This document shows, piece after piece, positions 57,377-64,000 of a DNA stretch of 64,000 nucleotides; within the stretch, counting starts at the first letter, position 1; each line of letters starts with the position of its first letter. The notes below the pieces were generated by a model. It was not told the origin of the DNA. It searched no databases and saw nothing but the letters and a program-made list of their open reading frames with translations. The position numbers and the translations under genes are program-made. The DNA is taken from the NCBI GenBank assembly GCA_965219955.1, contig OZ244799.1:448001-512000 (forward strand). Direction: 5' to 3'. The DNA is from a bacterium. GTDB lineage: Bacteria; UBA8248.

Positions 57377-59278
57377 ATGAATGTGAGTTCGCGTCTCGAT
57401 ATAAGCATTTCATATGACGAAGATCAGCTTCGAGGGACGCTGAGTGTTGATGATCCCACCGAAAGTGGGGTGTGGGATCGGTTTCGCCAATCTGCAATTT
57501 CTCTAACTGAAGATTACAGGCTCACTCCCACATCCATTGGCATTCCCTGGTCGTCAGTTCTGTCGCTAATCCGAATCTTTGCGCCTAGTCAACGAAAGTG
57601 GAATTTCCGGTTTAAGCCGGATGAGACAGCTAGGGGACCCATTGACGAATTTCTATCTCAGCACAAAAAAGTTAGAGAAGCTCAGTCCGCTGCGGTTCAA
57701 AGTCTGAGTGCGGAAGAAGTATCAGAGAAGCTTAATGTACTTGGTTTCACTCAGCGTCAACTGAAGGATTTTCAGATCCGAGACTTACAGCGACTTGTAT
57801 CACTGCCGAATGGTGCAAATTTCTCAGTGCCAGGTGCCGGAAAAACGACCGTCACACTTGCTCTAAACTTGTTAACTCATCGAGAAGGTCAGCACATATT
57901 TGTCGTAGGGCCGAAAAGCTCATTCCCAGCCTGGTCGGTAGTAGTGGATGACTGTATTGGCGAAAACGCCCCGGACTGGGTACGCGAGCCATTTACTATT
58001 TTAACTGGCGGTGCCGATGCAGTGCGTAGGTCCCTAAATTCAGGTGCCTCCCGCTTCATAATAAATTACGATCAACTCATTCTCCTATCCGATGTATTCT
58101 TCAACTACCTTGCTCAAAATCCGGTCCATTTAGTTTTGGACGAGTCCCACAGGATGAAGGGTGGGCTAGCAGTTAAACGAGGAATAGTTCTCCTAAACGC
58201 AGCGACATTGCCTATTCGACGCGATATCCTAAGTGGAACGCCGATGCCCCAGGGACCAAGTGATTTACAGTCTCAACTCGAATTTTTGTGGCCTGGCTCA
58301 GGACTTGGAACCCAAATTGCCCTTGGTAGTACGCCCAAGCAAGTTATTGGAAATTTGTATGTTCGAACTACTAAAGCAGATCTTGGGTTGCCGCCAGTGC
58401 GTCGACACTTCCTACAGGTAGACATGGGTAAAGGACAATCCGCGCTTTACGCTATAGTCCGTAACGAGGCTTTGAGGGATCTAAGTTCGCTTCGATCTGG
58501 TAGCGGTGTCGATATCGTTCGCGCTAGGCGGTCGGTTATGCGGCTATTAAAGCTTTCTGCCAATCCGGTACTTGCACTCCGATCTATTATGAGTGAGGCG
58601 CCAACCGTCCAATCTGGTGTGGTGCAGCAAGTCATGGAGGATGGTCCATCGCCTAAAATGCTAGCAGTTCGGGATTTGGCACGAGAATTGGCTTCTAAAG
58701 GTCGTAAAGTCGTCATATGGAGTATCTTTACAAATACGCTCCAATGCATGGAGCGAATGCTTGCCGATCTGAACCCGGTGATGGTTTACGGAGCAGTCCC
58801 AACTGGAGAGCCGTCTGATCCTAACTCCCGCGAAGGGATGATGAGGCGGTTTCATGAGGATGGGAATTGTATGGTATTCATTGCAAATCCTGCCGCGGCT
58901 GGAGAAGGCATTAGCCTGCATCATGTTTGCCATGATGCGATTTATTTGGATCGCAGCTACAACACTACGCACTATCTACAATCGATAGATCGCATTCATC
59001 GTTTGGGCTTGCCGCCTGAAACTCAAACAAACGTGTATATCGTCCAAACAAGAGCGCCGAAGAGTCTTGGTTGCGTGGACCATTCGGTTAGCCGTCGACT
59101 GGCTATCAAGCTTAGGGCTCTTCAACAACTCCTAGATGATGAAGACTTGCACCAAATTGCGCTTGATGAAGAAGAGACTGAAGAGCCAATTGACTACGAC
59201 ATTGACCCTGAGGATTTGATGGATTTGATCGAAGAACTGGAAGGACGTACCTCCTTCGACGAGGGTGAAGGCGTGTGA
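57377..59278 (+). CDS. SNF2-like SF2 helicase/ATPase
   Basis: LKDFQ, SVPGAGKT, VLDESHRMK, LSGTPMPQ, AAGEGISL and QSIDRIHRLG motifs. Confidence 0.92.
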   Translation: MNVSSRLDISISYDEDQLRGTLSVDDPTESGVWDRFRQSAISLTEDYRLTPTSIGIPWSSVLSLIRIFAPSQRKWNFRFKPDETARGPIDEFLSQHKKVREAQSAAVQSLSAEEVSEKLNVLGFTQRQLKDFQIRDLQRLVSLPNGANFSVPGAGKTTVTLALNLLTHREGQHIFVVGPKSSFPAWSVVVDDCIGENAPDWVREPFTILTGGADAVRRSLNSGASRFIINYDQLILLSDVFFNYLAQNPVHLVLDESHRMKGGLAVKRGIVLLNAATLPIRRDILSGTPMPQGPSDLQSQLEFLWPGSGLGTQIALGSTPKQVIGNLYVRTTKADLGLPPVRRHFLQVDMGKGQSALYAIVRNEALRDLSSLRSGSGVDIVRARRSVMRLLKLSANPVLALRSIMSEAPTVQSGVVQQVMEDGPSPKMLAVRDLARELASKGRKVVIWSIFTNTLQCMERMLADLNPVMVYGAVPTGEPSDPNSREGMMRRFHEDGNCMVFIANPAAAGEGISLHHVCHDAIYLDRSYNTTHYLQSIDRIHRLGLPPETQTNVYIVQTRAPKSLGCVDHSVSRRLAIKLRALQQLLDDEDLHQIALDEEETEEPIDYDIDPEDLMDLIEELEGRTSFDEGEGV

Positions 59279-60093
59279 AAGCGGACTTAGATATTGATCG
59301 TTGCTTTACTGTCGCAGCCTATTCTGCGTTCATGGTGCTGCGACAATACCTCGCCAAGAATCCAAATGCTACACCAAAAGATGCTGTGAACATCATTGAG
59401 GCCACAAATGCTGATGATGCGGGACTAGATTTTCTTGGTGGCCAAGAAATATACCTACACTTGAATGATATACTTGATCTCTCGTCTGGCACGAACCATC
59501 TTCGTGTTGTTATTGGTGAATTGATCCGCTCAAGTAGTCCATGGTGGATTCGCCTTATCCCTTACGGGCGAGAAAAAGTGAGATCCGCCTTACACCTAAA
59601 CCAAGTGCAATGCCTTAGAGAAGCAGGGTTATTGGATCCCGTTCCCGACGCTGAAGCCATCGCTTGGTGGGATGAGATAGCAGCTCTCATGAGAGGGGTG
59701 GTCGATAGCGAGCGCATGCTTCAAGCGAGACAAGCAGAACGGTTATCCCTTGAGTATGAACGAGCTCGCTTGAAAAACTTGGGAATTCATTTAGAACCCG
59801 TCTGGGTATCATTGGATGATAACACCCTTGGCTATGACATTCAGTCTTATAACAAGGAACCTAGTGGTATCGTGAGCCGCTTAATCGAAGTCAAAAGTAC
59901 AACCAATGACAGCATCTACATTACCAGAAACGAATGGCGTAACGCAGTGAGCACCAACCAAAGTTACTTGTTCCACGTTTGGTTCATGCCAGATCAAGAG
60001 GTGGTCGAGTATACTACCAATGCTATGGAACCCAGTATTCCTCTTGATAAGGGAACGGGTGAGTGGCAGAATGTCCGAGTAACTTTGTCATGA
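59275..60093 (+). CDS. DUF3883 (NOV C-terminal) PD-(D/E)XK nuclease-domain protein
   Basis: AERLSLEYERARL, WVS..LGYDIQSY, LIEVKST and ITRNEW motifs; GTGA overlap with the helicase. Confidence 0.85.
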   Translation: MKADLDIDRCFTVAAYSAFMVLRQYLAKNPNATPKDAVNIIEATNADDAGLDFLGGQEIYLHLNDILDLSSGTNHLRVVIGELIRSSSPWWIRLIPYGREKVRSALHLNQVQCLREAGLLDPVPDAEAIAWWDEIAALMRGVVDSERMLQARQAERLSLEYERARLKNLGIHLEPVWVSLDDNTLGYDIQSYNKEPSGIVSRLIEVKSTTNDSIYITRNEWRNAVSTNQSYLFHVWFMPDQEVVEYTTNAMEPSIPLDKGTGEWQNVRVTLS

Positions 60094-60202
60094 TCTTGGC
60101 ATCTCGTTAGATGGATTAGTGTATTTTCCTTGCGCCTCAACATCCAGAGTACTCCCATCTCTGGCGAGTGGGTATTCATACATCCGATCATAAAATCAGG
60201 AC

Positions 60203-60840
60203 TTTTTAAACAACCCTCTTGTCAGGGGGGCTTTTCTTGCGCCTTCTCGTCGGGAGCGGTATCGCCTTTACCCCCCTCAAGGGGGGTGGGGCAGGGGGAT
60301 GGTTTTAAGTCAAACGAAGGCGAGTGGATGGTGTGGCGGATTACGCGCCGGTTCCCCTTTCTGCCACGCAGGCGGCCACGAAACCTCATCCCGAGCAGGC
60401 CCGAAGGGCCGTACGAGGGAGCGCCTCTTCGGCAGGCACGGGACAGGCCCTTCGATACAAACACTCCTTTCTCGGGGCTGTTGATAAAGTCATTCTTGGT
60501 CGTAATGACGGCCAAAACCCGAAACCGGGCGGAGCCGCAGTCTGTCGCCTTGAAAACCAACCCCCCCTACCCCCCCCTTGTCAGGGGGGCAAGAAAAAGC
60601 AAAACCCCCTCGGCCCAAAGGGGGCGCATCGCTTTTTTATACCCCTCTGACAAGGGGGGGGTAGGGGGGGTTGGTTTTATCCCCTGACAAGACGGGCTTT
60701 TTCAACAACCCCTCCCCGGTCGTGTTCGACCTCCGGCGGCTACTCGGGGTGAGGGGCGCCGGGCAACGCCGGAGCCTGCCCCGGACGAAGTCGAGGGGCC
60801 GCTGCCCGGGGTGAGGCGGAGCGGCGGCCGGGCGACCGCG
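60203..60840. repeat. Composite repeat cluster of families B and D with TIR-bracketed unit 60474-60711
   Basis: Matches 5418-5550 and 32150-32280; marks the return to high GC. Confidence 0.8.
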
Positions 60841-60842
60841 CG

Positions 60843-61805
60843 TCAGGGCGCGCGCTTCGCGCCGAAGGCGCCGAGGTAGCGGGTGGTGTCGAACACGCCC
60901 CAGGCCTCCTCGTGGCCGGGGCCGTGGAAAGCGCCGGCGAGGTAGTCGCTCCCCACCGTCCCGGTCGAGAAGCGCCCCGTCGAAAGCGGCATGTCCGCCC
61001 AGCCCGGCGCGCCGACGCTGTGCCCCGGCACGGAGACGGATACCCCCACGCGCGGGCGCGAGAGGTCCGCGACCGTCACCGTCACCGTCCCCTGAAGCCG
61101 CTCGAACGCGCCGGCGGGGCTCGCCTCGACGATCCCGCTCCAGGTCGCGCTCCCCGTCCCCGAGGGGTTCGAGCCCGAGACCCCGCCCGCGGCGTAGGCC
61201 CGTGCGAAGGCGAACTCGCCGGCGAGCGTCCCCTCACCGACCTCGCCGGTGAGGGGACCGGAACCCACCTCCAGCGCCGCGTAGCCGTGCGCGCCCCAGA
61301 AGCCGTAGCTCTCGACCTCCGGCGCCGCGGTCACCCGGACGCCCTCCACGCTCTCGTCGGTGATATCGAGACGCCCCCGGGTGGTCGCGGCGTCGAACCC
61401 CCCGCGCCGGGCGAGAGCCGCCGCGCTCAGGCTGACGCCGAGAACGGCGGCCGAGCCCGTCAGGCTCCCTATGGTGACCGCCGTCCCGTCCGCCGCCTCG
61501 CAGCGCGCGCCCGTGCACTCGAACGTGTCGACCAGGTCCTCCGCGAGCGTCTCGCCCCCGCCCTCGAGTGAATAACGGGCGCGGGCGCTCGTGAGCAGCA
61601 GCGCGTCGGCGCCCGCGAGGATTTCGCCGAGCCGGACCACCGCCGGGTCCGAGCGCACCCGTTCGAGCTCCGCCTCGCCCGGCGCGGCGGTCGCCCCGCC
61701 GCCGCCGCCGCCCCCGCAGGCCGCCAGCGCCAGCGCGGCGAAGGCCAGACCCCCGAGTATCTTCATCCCCATGAACCACCGCGCCTCCAATCCCCTGCCG
61801 ATCAT
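60843..61805 (-). CDS. Lipoprotein with TbpB-like C-terminal beta-barrel
   Basis: Lipobox LALAAC followed by poly-G linker; C-terminal GAFHGPGHEEAWGVF...GAFGAKR; start 61805 or 61772. Confidence 0.8.
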   Translation of the reverse strand: MIGRGLEARWFMGMKILGGLAFAALALAACGGGGGGGATAAPGEAELERVRSDPAVVRLGEILAGADALLLTSARARYSLEGGGETLAEDLVDTFECTGARCEAADGTAVTIGSLTGSAAVLGVSLSAAALARRGGFDAATTRGRLDITDESVEGVRVTAAPEVESYGFWGAHGYAALEVGSGPLTGEVGEGTLAGEFAFARAYAAGGVSGSNPSGTGSATWSGIVEASPAGAFERLQGTVTVTVADLSRPRVGVSVSVPGHSVGAPGWADMPLSTGRFSTGTVGSDYLAGAFHGPGHEEAWGVFDTTRYLGAFGAKRAP

Positions 61806-61832
61806 CTTCCGCTCCTTCTTCAGAACACGAGT

Positions 61833-62480
61833 TTGCGGCAGGGACGGTTCGCGAACCGCCCCCGCGAGAAAATCCCGATCATCGAATTGTTCACCGTAGC
61901 AGGGACAGGCCTTTGCGCCTGTCCGAGGCCTCCGTGCCTGTCCTGCCCTCCGTGGTTGTCCTTCGTCAGGACAGGCACGGAGGCCTGTCCCTACAAAACC
62001 ATCGCGCCTGCGTCGCGTGAATCTCCATGCCGCCGACCCCGAATCAGGCTTTTTCAACAGCCTCTTAAGGGCCTGTTAAAAAACCCCTCTCCACCTCATC
62101 CTGAGTAGCGGCCCCTCGACTTCGCTCGGGACAGGCTCCGCCGTTCCCTGACACCCCTCATCCTGAGTAGGCGCGTAAGCGCCGTATCGAAGGTCAAACG
62201 CGATTGATGAATGAGCGTTTGCTCTCGCTCGGCGCGAGGCGTTCGACTCCCCGCGCCCTTCGATACGCCGCCCTTCGACAAGCTCAGGACAGGCTCTTCG
62301 GCGGCTACTCAGGGTGAGGAAAGAGGCGTTGGCGGTTTGCGGAGGGCAGACCAGGCTTTTTCAACAGCCCTCCTTAAGGGGGGTAGAGGGGTGCCTTTCA
62401 AGGCGAGAACCCCCGCCGCCGCTTAACCTCCCAACCCCCCTTGTCAGGGGGGCTTTTCTTTTATCCCCTCGTCGGGGGAT
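61833..62480. repeat. Composite repeat cluster: REP doublets, two TIR units abutting across TTAA at 62065-68, families D and B
   Basis: TTTTTCAACAGCCTC-TTAA-GGGCCTGTTAAAAA; matches to 31895-32280. Confidence 0.8.
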
Positions 62481-62490
62481 ATCGCCCTCC

Positions 62491-64000
62491 TCAGAACCTG
62501 TAGCGCACGTCGAGCCTGAGCCCGTGCGACGGGTCCGCCGTCTCGCGCTCCGTCCGCTCGCCGGCGAACTCCACGTCCAGGTCCGCCCGCGCCGCCTCGA
62601 AGCGCGTTCCCAGCCTCAGGCGGCTGCTGCTCTCCCCCGCGCTCGTCTCGGCGAAGGGCGTCACCAGACCCCGCCCCGCCCACGCGAAACCGTAGCCCAC
62701 CCGCGCATCCACGGCGGCCTCCCGCGCCACCGCCGCGAGCCTCGGTATCTCGTCGCGCCAGAGCGCCTCCGCGCCGCCCGCAGGCGCCCCCCAGCGCGGC
62801 GTCAGCGCGAAGGAGAGCCCCCGGCCCTCCGCCCCGGGACCCATCCGCACCGTCACGCTCACGCCTTGTTCGCGCGCGTCGTCCTCCGAATGCGCCGCCA
62901 GCCACCGCCCGCGCGCTTCTACCTGGAGCCGCGCCGCCGTGTAGCGCGCCCCGCCCGCAATCTCGATACCGCTCCCCGTGAGGCCGTCGCCCCCGTCGCG
63001 GCGCGCCGCCGCCTCCAGGAAAGGCGTGAGCGCAGCACCCCCGCCCAGTTCGACCCGGCGCGAAGCCTCCAGCCCCAGCCGCAGGCGGCGCGTGTCCGCG
63101 TTCACGCCCGAGATGGTCTCGGGACCCGCCCCGACCTCCATCCGCACGAAGCTCGCGTCCGCGCGCACCGCCAACTCGAAACCCCCCACCGGGGCGAGTT
63201 CGCGCCTCAGACCCACCGACGCCATCCGCATGTCGAGGTCGCCCGTCTCGCGCTCCTCATCCTCCGGCCGGTGGCGCGCCTCGCCTTCGCCTGCGCCCAG
63301 CACCAGGCGCAACTCCAGCCCGTTCGCGAACCGCCAGCGCCCGTAGGGATACGCCGCCGTCAGCGTCGTCTCCAGGCGGCCCCGGCCGGATGCGCCCTCC
63401 GAATCGAAGCCGTAGTCCGTCTCGCTCGTCCCGTGCGAGAGCGCAAGGCCCGCCACCCACGGACCCCGCCGCATGTCGAAGCCCAGCCAGCCCGTCCGCG
63501 TTTCGCCCTCATAGCGCGCTCCCGCCTCCGGGCGGCCCTCGAAGGAGCCGAAATCACTCCGGCCCCACACCGCCCACAGCGGCGCGCCGGGAGCCCCGTC
63601 CCCATCGGCCGAGGCCGGCGTCCAGGTGAACGCGCTCGCGCGCATGAGTTCATCGCTCGTGATTCCCGCCGCGCCGCACCCCCCGGGGGCCGCGCGCTCG
63701 TAGACGGGGCGCTCGTAGCGCTCCGCCGGGCACGCCCGCTCCAGAACCGCAGGTACGGCCCCGCCGAGCAGAACCTCCCGCCCCGCCAGCCGCACCCCCG
63801 TCCCGGGGGCGATGTCGGCGAAGCGCGCGTTCACGTTGCCCAACGCGCCCGCGAGCGTCCGCGTCCCCACGGCCGCCAGCGTCCGCCTCAGCACCCGCCG
63901 CACCGCCTCCCGGGCCGCGGGGTTCGGCGCCGCCTGGATCGTAACCGCGAAGGTCAGCGCCGCCGCGTCCGCCACCGCGCGGTTCGCGTCCGCGTCGTGG
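62491..64000 (-). CDS. Autotransporter-like outer-membrane beta-barrel protein (5' end outside window)
   Basis: WAVWGRSD, amphipathic beta strands, LTPFLE, terminal YRF. Confidence 0.8.
   Translation of the reverse strand, partial: HDADANRAVADAAALTFAVTIQAAPNPAAREAVRRVLRRTLAAVGTRTLAGALGNVNARFADIAPGTGVRLAGREVLLGGAVPAVLERACPAERYERPVYERAAPGGCGAAGITSDELMRASAFTWTPASADGDGAPGAPLWAVWGRSDFGSFEGRPEAGARYEGETRTGWLGFDMRRGPWVAGLALSHGTSETDYGFDSEGASGRGRLETTLTAAYPYGRWRFANGLELRLVLGAGEGEARHRPEDEERETGDLDMRMASVGLRRELAPVGGFELAVRADASFVRMEVGAGPETISGVNADTRRLRLGLEASRRVELGGGAALTPFLEAAARRDGGDGLTGSGIEIAGGARYTAARLQVEARGRWLAAHSEDDAREQGVSVTVRMGPGAEGRGLSFALTPRWGAPAGGAEALWRDEIPRLAAVAREAAVDARVGYGFAWAGRGLVTPFAETSAGESSSRLRLGTRFEAARADLDVEFAGERTERETADPSHGLRLDVRYRF

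Noticed and set aside
54404-60093. Assigning the operon to DISARM, BREX, Hachiman or Wadjet
   Set aside because: Lacks DrmA/DrmB/PLD, PglZ/BrxC, HamA and SMC components

Overview
GC-rich bacterial chromosome segment. The gene inventory resembles sponge-associated Nitrospinota/Tectomicrobia-like MAGs, but that is a weak inference. Housekeeping and metabolic content: mrpABCD Na+/H+ antiporter, msrB, an acyl-CoA dehydrogenase, two M20 hydrolases, an LLM oxidoreductase, four VOC proteins, two complete LivKHMGF-type ABC operons, an NCS2 permease, aceE-aceF and a frameshifted SulP-STAS-cNMP gene. Many intergenic spaces are filled with nested palindromic repeats (GTAG-REPs, four other hairpin families, IS5/IS1182-like TIR brackets). 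An accessory block at ~47.7-60.1 kb holds an IS110 (IS1111-type), an IS256, TRAP/amidase/MarR remnants and an AT-rich five-gene operon. Best leads: (1) the operon BglII-like MTase, catalytically degenerate BglII-like REase, ParB-like protein, SNF2 helicase, DUF3883 nuclease, a candidate undescribed anti-phage system; (2) a selenoprotein missed by the ORF track, a UxxC glutaredoxin fused to a DinB domain with an in-frame TGA and a SECIS-like hairpin; (3) an IS110 bridge RNA whose target and donor guides can be read from the sequence and match the host REP palindrome it inserted into; (4) duplicated gene starts flanking inserted DNA; (5) a ~500-bp non-coding dispersed element with helically phased motifs. 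No tRNA, rRNA or CRISPR array was seen. Family assignments come from motif recognition only; no database searches were run.
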